A DNA stretch of 63,944 bases, counting the filler, from Platydemus manokwari (Eukaryota), in NCBI GenBank assembly GCA_037951405.1. It is 4 parts of 4 records of this genome, joined end to end, with 100 filler letters (N's around TTAATTAATTAA, not from the genome) between each part and the next. Parts side by side here need not be neighbours in the genome. Positions count along the whole stretch, not along the records: positions 1 to 18,248 come from JBBMOY010511108.1; positions 18,349 to 42,809 come from JBBMOY010222227.1; 2 more parts are not named here. One strand, 5' to 3'. A program made the position numbers and the translations under genes. Within the stretch, counting starts at the first letter, position 1, and every line of letters begins with the position of its first letter. Below the pieces are notes generated by a model. That model was not told the origin of the DNA and ran no database searches. It saw nothing but the letters and a program-made list of their open reading frames with translations. Below, piece by piece: positions 13,760-26,479 of the stretch.

Positions 13760-14400
13760 AATCTTAAATATTGAAAATAGTCGCCAGTAATGTCCCCACA
13801 CTTTCACTAGCATTTTCAAAGAATTCCGTATCGGTAACATCTTCAGCGGAGTGATACGTTTTCACACGACGTGAGTTTATCATAATATAAGACAGGTGAT
13901 AGTCTGGGTAGTATGGTAGTTGCAGTTTTTCTGCAACCAGCTTATTTTGAGTTAAACCTGCAGTGTGCGATCAAGAGTGTCGCGATTGAATTGAACTTTT
14001 CAAAAATGTTTCCACAAAACTGGTACCGCTTTTCTCGAATCGCATTTATGTGTTTATCCAACCAAGTGCAGTAAATTTATACATTTATGTTTTTTCCTTG
14101 AGAAAGTACATTACACAATAGAATTCCTTTTACATCCCAAAAATAGTTGTAAGGTACTTTTGTGCTGTAAACATTGACAAATATATGTTATTTGTTGATT
14201 ATTGGCACTGTACCAAGATCGGTCGTGATAAGATCAATTAACATTGTTCCAATATACCTACATCTCATCTATCGTTAGAAGTTGGGATAAAAAGCTTTCC
14301 TTCGGTGCATGGATAACAATTGGCCACATATAGTTTTACTGTTTATCTGGCAAAACATGTGGTAGTTCCTAAAGTGACTTAAGAAAGTTTTATTTAATCC
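13760..14400 (-). mobile_element. Decayed mariner transposase remnant
   Basis: Minus-strand fragments LLTIDEM (cf. IVTGDE), TIFWDVKGILLCNVLSQG..IN..IYC..LDK, HTAGLTQNKL and a YPD segment (cf. YSPDL). Nucleotide similarity to 43230-43370. Confidence 0.75.
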
Positions 14401-16479
14401 ATCAATACTTGAACAACATAAATTAATATTCAGATATTGTAATTATTTATTTTAATCCTAATGCTAGGAACCATTATTTCTAAAGAAAATCATATTGACT
14501 ATTTTGAGAATAGTTATGACTAAAATACAACAGAAATACAAGTTTTTAAAAACAAAAATAAATATTTGATAAACAAATCAATTAATTGTACAAAACCACT
14601 GTATAAAGCAGTCCTTTCTACATTTGTGTGGTTCAATTTGACAATCGTAAAAACAGACAATGTCAATATGACATTTATCAAAACATTCTTTGGTTATTTT
14701 GAGAGAAATTTTGAAAAAAAATGTTTGACTCTGATCTACAGACAGACACAATAATGAGGAATAATGTTAAACACAAATATTTCATGCTCCAATATTCCAT
14801 ATCTGGTAATGATTAGAAATTTTACAAAAGATATTTAAAATAAAATGTTTTCAAGATATTTGCATAAACATGACTGAAAACTAGATTCAGTACACCATGT
14901 ACACATAATACTGTTAAAGAAACACGCTAAATAGCTCTCAAAATTTTTATGAAATATATTTTTCAATGGAGATTACTTCATGAAATTTGTAATTTCAGTA
15001 AGCAATATCAAATAAACCGAAATTCCGAATTTATAATGACACAACTAGGAAATCGCTACAATCAATTGATTTTCGTACACAGCAACAATGCTTTGATATT
15101 TATTTGATTATGGTAATATTTTCAACTTAATAATTATTATAAATATTATTTATTTTTTATATATAATTTACCAATCATAAACATCATTTTAATATTTTAT
15201 AACATTTTATAATAAATTGAGAATCGCTCACCATTTTGTACGTCGTGAATTTTGGTCCATCGATAATGACTTCAAATAATGATCTGTCAAGTCGTGTCGA
15301 TTTATCATTGTGTTGATATATAAAATATATTGGGAATGTTTGAATACAAGAGTGGTACTTATATTTATTGATGTGATTTTGAAAAATCGACATGTTCAAT
15401 GACTGACTCTACATCGAAAGTTATTTCAATTCGACGTGTTTTAAGCGTATTATATCATCTTTGCTCATATTTCTTTCAATGTACAGCTTGCATCAAAAAC
15501 TGGTGTTAGTGATATGTAAAACAGAACATATCAAACAATCAGCCAACGAAAAAGAATATTTTGTTGATAGGTGATTTGACAACATTACTGAATTTGAATA
15601 TGATTAAGAGCTTATAAAATAACACAGTTTAAGCTGAATAAACGTTAAAACGATTTGAGAAATTCTCAATTGATGTCATTTTATTATTCTGTAACATTTA
15701 ATATAATTATTATAATTACTTATAGAATTATTAATATAATTATTCTTATAATGAATTATATAATTATTTTTGCAAAATATAACATTGAAAGTAATTCATT
15801 TATTACAAGGTTATAGTTTTCTTTTTTGTTGAGTCAATTGATTTTATGCAATCTCATGTTAAATCATTATTTATCACGAACTTAGGAAAATTTGTGCTTT
15901 TCAATGATTTGCTGTATATCAGTCATTGACCAATTGCCAATAGCTTGTTTAATTAAAAAAAGATTATAAAAATTAATTTGGGTAGAACAAAAAAAAGCAA
16001 TTAAGGTTAAAAATTTATTATTATGAAAATAAATAAATAAAACCAATTATTAAAATAAAATTATTATTTCATAAATGAATGTTAAAATGAAATAATATTA
16101 AAAATAAACAGAAAAATTAATTAATATTAATATTTACGTTTGTTTAAATAAATTAAAATCTTAAATAATTTCCAATGTAAGAAATTACAGATTTACTAGA
16201 TATTGTCACAAAATCGAAACAAATGTATCCCAAAGTGCCAACTTTTTGAAATTACTAAAAATTCCCTTTCGATTTTTAAGATATGGTTGGGGTATAAATG
16301 ATGATAATAAATCAAATAAAAAATATAATAATAATTGGAAATCAATAATACATAATAATAATAATTGTGATTTTTATAATTTAAATTACGATAAATAATT
16401 AAAAAAATATTTTAAATTGTTTTTCTTAAAAATATTTAATATTTATTGTATTGAAACAATTACTATAACCTCTCAAAAA

Positions 16480-18240
16480 TTGTGAAAATCGCACGATTTG
16501 TTGACAGCTTAATAGAGCAATTTGAGGCGACGCACGACAAAATGTATTACAGGAACAGACTGAGGAAGGCGTTTTGCAAAAAGATACGTTTCGCGCAAGA
16601 TTGGATGGAGATCCTAAGCTTCAGAAGGAAGGCGGCTCTGGCTGATCTGTAATTTAAAAAGTGGATAAAATGGGGAAAGAAAGTAATTAAAATTAGAGAT
16701 ATTGAGGAAGTGGATGAAATTAGAAAACCGTCAGAAAGCTAGATGAAGTAAGAAATAAAGAAAGAGAAAGAAACACGGTAGGGGCAGGAGAATGGGCCAC
16801 GATAGTCAGAGCGCAACCAAAACCCAGGCCTTTGGAAAGAAAGGTAGGTAATAGGACACGCTATAATTGCAAAAAAGTAGGGCTTATAGCTCGAAATTGT
16901 AAAAGAAAAAAAGTCGTGACGTGTTACGCCTATCACCAGTTTGGTCAGATGGCGAGAAATTGTAAAAATGTCATATAATGCCTCAGATTCCAATACTGAA
17001 GACATCACGGGAATGAATATTGCACAAATATAGAGTGAAAGGAACAACAAAGGACCTACGGCAAGCTAATCCAGGATGGTTTGATCACAATGTACCAATT
17101 GAATAAATAAAAACAGACAGAGTCTCAACGGATAAAATAACAGAACGGTGAACCGAAATCATTGACAAGTAGTGGCTTTTGAACAAGAATCAGATTCATA
17201 ATACAACAAAGAACACACCAAAGAGAACACGCTGACCGCCATAGAGTGTGTCAGGGCAACACACAAAACAGTAAAGTCTGAGCAAGATACTGAGAGTATA
17301 AGTAGTCATATTGATATTTATAATATAAATAATTTAAATAAAATAAACAAAATAAAAACTAAAATACAAAAATTAGGCAATACGAGGAATACGACATTTG
17401 TACCTACATGGAGAAAATATAGAAAGGGTATACGATTATTCCTTGACTTTTGAAAACAAAACTTAATAACGGAGAGACAAGCGTTTCCTATGCCAAATGT
17501 AGAAGAGCTATTAGACGCTCTACACGGCTCTTAATATTTTACGTTGGTAGACTTAGAAATGCATATTATCAGGTGAAGCTTGACAAAGAATCACAATAAT
17601 AAACGGCATTCTCGACGAAAGAGGGTCAATGTTTTTTTACACGGATGCCGTTTGGGATCTCAGCAGCACTAGTAACATTTCAAAAATTGATGACAAAAAT
17701 ATTAAGGGATATAAGAGAAAAAGAGCCATGGTATATTTGTTAATATTCTCTAGAACGATAGAAGAACACTACTAAATACTGGAAGAGCTAATAAAAAGAA
17801 TAGGAAACGCAGGACTGCTTATTAATCCAAAAAAGTGTAAAATAATGAGAAAAGAAATCAATAATATCATAAATGAAAAAGGTATTAAAACAGACCCAGG
17901 TAAGATTGAATGAATAGTAAAATTCAAATTACCAAAATAAATACAAAACCTACAAAGTAGTAATTTCATGCTTAACGGAGATACAATAAAAACTAAAGAA
18001 AACTAAATTTGGATACCAGCAAGGAAAAGAAGATAAATGATAAAACACAACACAAAGTGCTATATCACGCGGAAGATAAAAAGTCACAGAATATATAAAA
18101 AATAATTTCGAACTGAAAAAGATAAGAAATAAAATATAAGAAAATTTAAATCAGTGCAAACCATGTCAGAAAACTAAAGTAACAACAAGAAAAACGAAGG
18201 AAGATTTAAAGTGACTGCGAGCTAGAGATCCATACACACA
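16480..18240 (+). mobile_element. Decayed, internally deleted Ty3/gypsy element (gag knuckle, RT, integrase start)
   Basis: Plus-strand fragments: decayed zinc knuckle TCYAYHQFGQMARNC (~16920-16962); RT LDF*KQNLITERQAFPMPNVEELLDAL..YFTLVDL..AYYQV..TAFST..RMPFG..TFQKLM..GLLINPKKC; integrase HKVLYH..CKPCQK. Runs into an assembly gap. Confidence 0.85.
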
Positions 18241-18248
18241 CACACATA

Positions 18249-18348
18249 NNNNNNNNNNNNNNNNNNNNNNNNNNNNNNNNNNNNNNNNNNNNTTAATTAA
18301 TTAANNNNNNNNNNNNNNNNNNNNNNNNNNNNNNNNNNNNNNNNNNNN
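18249..18348. other. Assembly gap with artificial TTAATTAATTAA linker
   Basis: 44 N + TTAATTAATTAA + 44 N; identical layout at 42810-42909 and 54978-55077. Confidence 0.98.
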
Positions 18349-18924
18349 TATGTTCAGCGTTATAACAATTTGTGTTAATAAAATACCTGCATAAAAACAT
18401 GAATAACTTTTGACTCAACCTGGTAAGCTTCGAAATAAAAATAGGGAATTGGTTCAACAATATATCTTTGTCGATTTTCGACATTCTGAATAAAGTATTT
18501 TTGGTGCACGGGGCTCACACAAAAATTTATATTTACAAAATGATATCCATTAGTAAACTAACAATCAACGAATATTGACAATTTTTATTAAAATAAAACC
18601 AACAATTTAAAATTATTTATTGAGATACGAAATTTGTAGATTCCTCGCCAATGAAGAAATATCTTGGCATAGAAATATAATCGCAAGCCTAAATATCGTC
18701 AAAGAAATTGACGACAAATGTTTTGAAAGTGTCAAATATAGTAGCGTGGATCGAAGACATAGTTTTTGATTGTTAGAGTTGATTTTTGGTTTTTAATGTA
18801 AAATTGAATTTTATGTAAAAATTTCATTAAAATATTATTACAAATAAATTTTAATATCAAATAACTCAAGAAAAGTCATTACTTTAAAATTGGCTCATAG
18901 GACCCTTGTTCTTAAATTGGGCTT
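18349..18924 (+). mobile_element. Merlin/IS1595-family deletion derivative, long subfamily, copy C (left end lost in gap)
   Basis: Colinear with about 8400-8941 (e.g. ttttcgacattctgaataaagtattttt.gtgcacggg); translates LNIVKEIDDKCFESVKY. Confidence 0.75.
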
Positions 18925-19716
18925 AATATCCTACTATTTCTTTATCACAGATAAATTTTATTTGGTGTCACACACATGCGATTGTTTTATTAGTTTTAGA
19001 ATTTATTTTTGATTTTTGTTTACAGTTATTGATCTTTCAATTTCCTTTCAGTAGATAAACTCTAGATTAAAAAAAACTATTTATTGAAATGTATATTAAA
19101 AATCATTTTAATCGTTTTCAATTATTGAAAACAGTACTTATTGATCAATCTTTATTGATAAATGGTGGAGAATCGAATCTGATATCTTATAATTAATGGA
19201 AATAAAAATTAGATGAATTACTAGTAAGTAAACAGGAAAAATTGATTCGGTAAATTTTGGAAGAAATTCGATTCTTATCAGTTTTGGCTAACTAGTGGTC
19301 CACATCAATAGTTGTAATTGTAATGGTTTCTGTAATTTGATAAAGTTTAGATAAGCACAAATAACATTAGAGAATATCATTATTAGTAAACTTGAAATTT
19401 TTTACTAATTTGGAAATATTAACCCAAGCTATTTGTTAATTTAGAAAATATTAAGTTGAAATTCTTGCAAGCAATTTTTAGGTTTTTCAGATGAAATTAA
19501 ATCTGCTTGATATTTTTGATGATAAAAATCTGTGAATTAATTTTTCGGGTTTAATGTTTGAAATGAAATACTTTAAAGTTAATGATATACGGATTGAAAA
19601 TAGGACTCTAAATAATAATGAAAACTGACATTAGCAGTAACGTTGTACTGATATTATCGGTGATGAATATACATGTATAGCTGCATAAGTTATAATATTA
19701 TATTGTTAGATAATTT

Positions 19717-20270
19717 GAGCTTAAGTTAAGAAAAAGGCTCCTTTGACCTACTTTCGTAATAATGAATTTTCGCTCATGAGATAATTTTATAATTTAATTT
19801 TATATATAATTGTGATATTTTGCGATTTATTCATATAATTCAGTTAATGTCTCACTTTTTAGGATGATTAATGAGGACAAAACACAGTTTTTGAGCCAAA
19901 TTCCTATTCTAATCACCACACTTCTATACTATTGTTTGAGTTCTTAAATTTAAATTTTTTATATATAAATTGAGTTAGTCAACTACTGTTATGTTAAATA
20001 GGATCAGTGCTTATTTTTATAAAATAATTGAAAAGGGTCCTCGATAATTTTCAATAAATTGCAATTCGACCTACTTGATTTTATGTTTTCAAATAATCAA
20101 ATTTTAGGAGATTTTTAACCTCTGGTCAATTTAATATTTGATTTGAAACAACTAAAATTCTTCTTAAGTACTTCAATCAAAATTCAAAATGTTTTTAAAG
20201 AATATGATTAAATAAACTGTATAGATTTTTGCAACACACTCAACAAATTAAAAATTTTATTTTAGGACCC
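19717..20270 (-). mobile_element. Merlin-derived repeat, short subfamily, copy D (inverted)
   Basis: Reverse complement matches 1-566 and 59417-59944; ends are gagcttaagttaagaa and ttttattttaggaccc. Confidence 0.75.
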
Positions 20271-21639
20271 CTTTCCTGATATTTAAAATTTACATTTCGA
20301 ACAAATAAGAGGAATAATAATGAAGTAAGCGAAGCATCAATATCATACATCAATATACACAAGCAAATCTATTCAAGATTTTCGGTTACTAAACATTGAA
20401 GGATAGAGGTCATTCTTCAATAATACATAACATCATGTCAACCACCTAGTTACTGGGATAATTAATGAACTCGTAATCATTTAAAGCAGTTTTCATTTGA
20501 ACTATAACACTGTACATAATTATACGGATTATATTGTAATAAAGTAGTTAAATCTACTTCGCGCAACTTAATGATGTTAATCTGGTGTTCAAAAATCGTA
20601 TACTGGATTATTGTAATTTTAAGATGATCCACATCGTGACGTCAGTTTTAGAGAAGAAAAATGATGAGGTTCACGGTACCTGATTTCATTTCGATATCAT
20701 CGTCAACTGTTCCAAAATCACTAATTGATTCTAATTAGAATTTTTACAATTTTATTTTAATATGCTGATCATTCAACAAGAGAGACTATGCGCAACTAAA
20801 TTAGTATTTAAATAATTGATACTCAATACAGAAAAGCACATTATAAATCCTAGTGAGCTATTTGATTCTTGTTATAAGTAATAGAAATTAATCCAACATG
20901 ATTTACCAGATGGGGTCGTATTTTCTTAATCTGTTTTTTTTTCTTAAGCAGACACACACCCGCATTCTTCCTCTTAACCACCACTTTTTGGAAATTGAAA
21001 AAATGTGACGGTTAGGAAGAGGAATATCGTATATGCAATAGATGCGGGTCGTGGAATTTAAATTTTATTCTAATATTAGTTTATAGTTATATTTATTTTA
21101 ACTCAAAATTCAATTTGCCAGTAGTCATCATATTTACTTATAATATATCCCAACTTATTTACTGAATTATCATAGTACATTATTTACTGAAATTACAAGC
21201 ACAAATTAATATCAACATCCTAACATATTTTAATAGTTTAAAAAAAATAGAGTTGTTTATTCAAATTTTTATTACATTCGGCCTTGGTTTGGTTTATATA
21301 TTATTGAATGATTTTGGACCTAGTATCATCGTTATCTTAATCATCTCGATGAGTTTGTTGTAAATGTCTCAGGTGCAATTTAACCTTGTAAGAGTTAATT
21401 TTATCACTTCAAACATCAATATCGTATGAAGATGATAAGAGTGGCAGCAGTGTCCTATAACTTACTATCAGTCACAATATCAAAACTTAACTTTAATGCT
21501 TCTTATTACAAAACTTATCCCTTGATGTTATTAACAATCTCAGTTTAATTTAGTTGATCAAAAATCAACACTTGATAAATAAAACATTTATTGTAAGCAA
21601 ATTACCCATATAACACCAATATAAAAAGTTACAATTTGA

Positions 21640-21950
21640 TTTTAAAATGCAATATACATCGAATGCTTTGGCCAGAATCTTATCAACTCTTCGAAACAAG
21701 TGACGTTTAATAGATACTACAATCTTGGATCAAAACCAGGAATTTTTGCTCCAGGAATTTTACACAAAGCTCGATAATATGAGTTAAACGATGATTATAG
21801 ACTTATAGACTTATGGCAAATGATCGGGGCAATCGAAGAGCATTTACAAATTGACGTAATTTTCTCGAACTGGCGATTACGTAAATAAACAAGAGTCCTA
21901 GCTAGTTGTTTCTTACAATTAAATGGGCATCGACTACTGATCTTTCCCCT
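21640..21950 (+). mobile_element. Possible decayed hAT-type (hATm-like) transposase fragment
   Basis: Around 21745-21775 it translates FAPGILHKAR*, resembling the PGAxHxARW motif. Single motif, no termini found. Confidence 0.3.
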
Positions 21951-22059
21951 TATTTATACATTTGATCTTCAAGGTTGCTTATCTCTCTGATTAATTATTT
22001 TATACATCGAATTTATTTTAATCCCTCTGATATTTTGATATTTATTGTTACATTATGTT

Positions 22060-22534
22060 GATCAAACCATTGTCATTCTGGAATACTGAAATGGGGCGGG
22101 TCACCGTCGTCTTGAGATCAATGTTAATTGTTATTTCCAACTTTCTCTTTTACAAAATTTACCCTCTTTTCCTTCATTGTTTCATCACACGGTCTTCCTG
22201 ATAGCAACCTAGTGCATAAGTTTCCAGTTTCTTCAAACTTCTGTTTCCAGTATTACACTATTGAAATGTTGTTTAAATTCTTGGCAAGATTTGGCACTAC
22301 TCTGGCACACTATTGTATGGCTAACTATAAACACTATTCACAAGCGAAAATTTAACATCATCAGCTGCTTCGGTCATATTGCATTAATGTAGCTGATCAA
22401 TAAGATATAAAGTACATTAATCAGTGAATAATAATTAATATCAATGAGTGAGCATAAATATGTGAGCATAAATTATTTTGTGTTTTGTTGTTTTATTTTA
22501 GTTTTAGAGACGGAGACTTATGAATTGCACGGTA
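22060..22534 (-). mobile_element. Tc1/mariner-superfamily remnant (5' TIR, N-terminal HTH region, fused catalytic fragment)
   Basis: Begins TA-TACCGTGCAATTCATAAGTCTCCGTCTC on minus; encodes YWKQKFEETGNL..SGRP then SQDDGDPPHFS (cf. FQQDGAPPH). About 390 bp is shared with 26581-26982. Confidence 0.75.
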
Positions 22535-22537
22535 TAT

Positions 22538-22618
22538 ATATAACGATAACTTAATTATTTCATTTATTTTAAAATTTTAAACCTTCGTTGTCATGAAATA
22601 ATTAAGTTATCGTTATAT
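22538..22618. repeat. Perfect 26-bp inverted repeat with 29-nt spacer
   Basis: ATATAACGATAACTTAATTATTTCAT (22538-22563) is the exact reverse complement of 22593-22618. Confidence 0.9.
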
Positions 22619-24621
22619 TTTATCATTACAAATATGTCACATGCAGCAATTACTGATAAAACCCGTATAAAGTGACATTTCAAATATATAATTTTGCATT
22701 ATAACGATATTATTTATATTAAAAGGGGTTTCTCATAAAACATTTCGAAAATTAATGAAATATCTATTATTACCACTGCATTATTAAAAGAATCAACTTA
22801 CCAAATGAATTTATAGAACATGAAATCAAGTATTTTACTCTGAAAGTCCTATTTTTTGATTCATCGGAAGAAGCCGAGTTATACTTTTTAAATTATAATT
22901 CTTCGATACTGAATATAAGTGCTAAGCACATATCGTTCTTACTAAAAACAATGGAAAATCACACTCATAAAATGCAAACTGTGCGGCTTTTAACACAAAA
23001 TACTGATGAAGAAAGAAAATGAAAATATTTCATGATGACAAAAACACCTATCTCTTAATGGCGATTAATAGTAATAAAGAGAATTATTTTTGTAAAAGAT
23101 TTTTTATAAAGAATAGTCAATTCAACTTAAAATAGATTAAATAGTATAAAAGACTTGATGAATTCTATATTATCAATAACGAATGTAATAAATGTTGCCA
23201 ATAATTTCTTTGGCTTGATCCCAGTCCAAATAATAAATACATAAATAACTTAATCGTAAAATTGATCTTCGACACTTGGTTGGTGAAACTTTAAACCCAA
23301 CCACCTTTAAGCTTTTAGTTGTACAACAAACCTGTTATAGACAAAGGCATAACAGCCGATTCTAAATTGAAACAAAAACATTAGAACTTCACTATTCACT
23401 CAAATCATTAAATTTAACTATCGATTATTTGTTATTCGATTTGATTCATTGAAATTTTGATATTTAATCCCAATAATTGCATTTGGTCGATTATCATTAT
23501 AAATTGTGCTTATCGATTATATTTATCTATATACTTATCTCTATCATTAGCATTTTACATTTGAAATTAAATCACCAACGAACACTAATCCATTAAAACT
23601 CTAATAATAATAAAGTTCCTTTAGATTCTTAAATCTATCGCAAAAAATTACATTTTCTCTAAAATTGATACAGAATTATGTAATACATATTTGCAATCTA
23701 TTGTGTTTTAATATTACTCGATGATAAAAATGTGTGAAAAACATAGTTCTGTGCAATTTTCTTTTGAATCTGGAACTTATTTGAATAGCAGTTCTATATT
23801 ACACAGCATTTGGCACACATGGTTAGATTCCTCACGGTTGAGTTATTCATTAGCTGCACATACTTCCATATGCAAGAAGCGGAATTGCATATATAATTTA
23901 ACCAATTAATCTAATTTTTGTCTCACTTATGCCCTCTACGAAAAAGGTTCTAGTGATGCCTCGATAACATATACCATATGAATAATCTCAAGCATGGCTT
24001 CACTAGCAATAATTATAAACAATATTTATTGTTTATTGTAGAGTGGAATTCATTTCCAAATAATCGAAATTTAATGGTTAAATAATTCCCTAAATTCCAT
24101 ACAGGACCACCTGGAAACATAAATTAATGATAATAATCTCTAAAGAATTTCCTCATTTTTGAATTCGTTACAAAATTCTATTTTTTTTTATTATAAAATT
24201 ATTAATTTCAAAAATTGAAAATGGATTAAATAAATATCAGGATGAAAATAAAGCTCGTTCTATTCCGTCCGCAATATTTGCCCCATGTAACAAATTATGT
24301 GTTTTTACAACTAATTGGCTACAAAGATTAATAAATAATGAAAATCATCATGAAACGATGAAGCACTTGAAGTAAAAAAAAATTCAAAAAAAGCAGGACC
24401 GATGCCTACAATCATGTGATCAAATGTCAATAAGGCTCGCACACATAAACCACTGGAACAGGCACACACGCATCAGTGCAATCTGTCGGTACTCGACTAA
24501 ATGATATTGTAACATCTGTTATCATTTTGGCTTCCAAATTACTAACTTTATTCTCATTGGTCGAAATTAATTCCATATAATATATATTCATTAGTTCAGA
24601 GAATTTACGGTTTTTGTCGAC

Positions 24622-25137
24622 ATGATGATCACGAATGATTGTTTTAATGCCTACGATTTCAAAAATATCCCATGGATGATTATTAATAATGCTTCTTTAT
24701 CTATCGAACACAATCAGAAACCACCTGCAGAATACAATGAAGTCAAATCCAATTCCGTGTCCGATTTGTCAGAATCAGCCAGTTTTGTCAGTTACAACAA
24801 TGAGTCCAAACTGACTAATTTTTCGGTCAAAAAACGAATTCGAATTCGCCAAGTCCGCAGAATGGAAGCAAATGCAAGAGAGCGAAGTCGTGTCCACACA
24901 ATTAGTTCGGCTTTCGAAAGTCTTCGACAAGTTGTACCGTCATACTATAATTCATACAAACTATCAAAATTGGGTATCCTACGAATCGCTTGCTGCTACA
25001 TTGAATCCCTGAACCACTTAATCAATGAAGATATCAACGTTGACAATATTTCCATTCAGTTCGACGAATACGTCAGCAAACTAGCGAAAACCATTGCCCA
25101 CGAAAGCAAAATGAAGCAGTTTCTTACTGAAAAATGA
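24622..25137 (+). CDS. ATOH8: Atonal-family bHLH transcription factor, ATOH8/net subfamily, single exon, 171 aa
   Basis: bHLH RRMEANARERSRVHTISSAFESLRQVVPSY...KLSKLGILRIACCYIESL; ANARERxRVHTISxAF is diagnostic of ATOH8/net. Intact ORF, TATA-like tract near 24575 and AATAAA at 25163 and 25173. Confidence 0.92.
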   Translation: MMITNDCFNAYDFKNIPWMIINNASLSIEHNQKPPAEYNEVKSNSVSDLSESASFVSYNNESKLTNFSVKKRIRIRQVRRMEANARERSRVHTISSAFESLRQVVPSYYNSYKLSKLGILRIACCYIESLNHLINEDINVDNISIQFDEYVSKLAKTIAHESKMKQFLTEK

Positions 25138-25162
25138 ATTATCGATAATTGAAGTCTGTGAT

Positions 25163-25178
25163 AATAAATGTAAATAAA
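25163..25178 (+). promoter_or_regulatory. Polyadenylation signals of the ATOH8-like gene
   Basis: AATAAA at 25163-25168 and 25173-25178, shortly after the stop codon and followed by T/GT-rich sequence. Confidence 0.6.
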
Positions 25179-25319
25179 TATTTTATTAAAAAAAAACGTG
25201 TTCGTTTTCTATTATTTATTTTTTTGTGTATTGAAATTGACGATTAAAATTTGGTAGAAAACATAAATGAAATATAGATAAGATATTTTAGTTGCTACAC
25301 TATTGAAATGTTGCATGAG

Positions 25320-25640
25320 AAGCCAGTGGCGGATACAGCTGGAGTTGATTAGATAATAATTTATTCGAGCCCTTATCTGCCAGTATATTCCTGGATTGGC
25401 TGTGTACTGCCCGGATGCTATTGACAGATGCTATTGAACACCTGCGCTCACATAAATCACTCACAAGACAGCTGGGCTTATAATTAAAACGACAAATACT
25501 TACTGCGTGTATCTGTATTTTAGTTTTACACACACACAGACAACCACATTAACCGTTTCGTCAATGTGTCATCTTTGTTCGAACTGAAGTGGCAACAGCA
25601 CCCAGCAACAAGATAGAAATAAGCAGAAGCTGTGATTGTT
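25320..25640. promoter_or_regulatory. Putative 3' enhancer with clustered E-boxes
   Basis: GC-enriched island with CAGCTG (25336), CAGATG (25425), CACCTG (25439) and CAGCTG (25469) within 140 bp; no transposon hallmarks seen. Confidence 0.45.
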
Positions 25641-26479
25641 GAATTCATTTATGATAATTGTGCCATCATTGTGAAGCCAAAAATCAAAACTGTTAATATC
25701 TCGCTAATTATTGGCGGAACTATTTTCTCATTGTTCCTTTTATAAATTCTTTCCAACGCCAATATATGTATTGATTAATTAATTCAGAGAAAAAAACTTG
25801 AAAATTCAATGGCATAATTCAGTTCAAAGAGAACTTCAATTTAACTGGAATTTACTGTATTATGAAAAATGTCGCTGGTTTATGAGATACCAAGCAACGG
25901 TGTGAAAATGTTTATCAAACCATTAATGTGTCTTCGTGGTTTATGAATTAAAACAAAAGTAATTGATTACTTTGTTTTGTTTATATTATCATTGATAATA
26001 AACGAACATAATTTATCAGTATTTACTACGATAATCTAATTTCAGCTTTTTCACAAGCACGGTCTACAGTTTAATTAATATATATTTCTGGTTCAGTGGA
26101 ATTGTGATGTGGTTTAGAATTTTATTCTGACATGTTAATTCCCAATGGTTTATCTATCTAAACCCATGTAAAACATTGCATGGATCTATACATCAGCGAT
26201 ATGCGTGTTTAAATTAATTTTCTGAAATTGATTTGTTATTAAAGATCGATTATATAATATCATATATAAATTCATGTTGTTTTATCGAGATGAAGTTTAT
26301 CAGTAAAGTTTGTATCAAAAGTAGAAAGAGAAATAATTGGATTTTATGGTTGCAGATTATGAAAATCAATATGGCGAATTTGTGAGTTTTAATATTTTTC
26401 GTATGTATGTTGAGCAGTATTTGTTTTCTTATCAGTTTTGTTATACCGTGCGATTCATAAATCTCAGTCTCTAAAACTG

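Noticed and set aside
16739-17969. Minus-strand hydrophobic ORFs (103 aa and 65 aa)
   Set aside because: Antisense shadows of the A-rich plus-strand gypsy remnant.
18293-18304. Palindromic TTAATTAATTAA repeated three times in the window
   Set aside because: Always centred in a 100-nt N gap; it is an artificial six-frame-stop scaffolding linker. ORF 18293-18484 through the Ns is also an artefact.
20380-20470. PVTRWLT motif on minus, suggesting a hAT transposase
   Set aside because: Single short motif with no supporting context or termini.
22995-23035. CTGATGA...GAAA resembling a hammerhead ribozyme core
   Set aside because: No stem II pairing between the motifs; the other CTGANGA sites I inspected also lacked the required helices.
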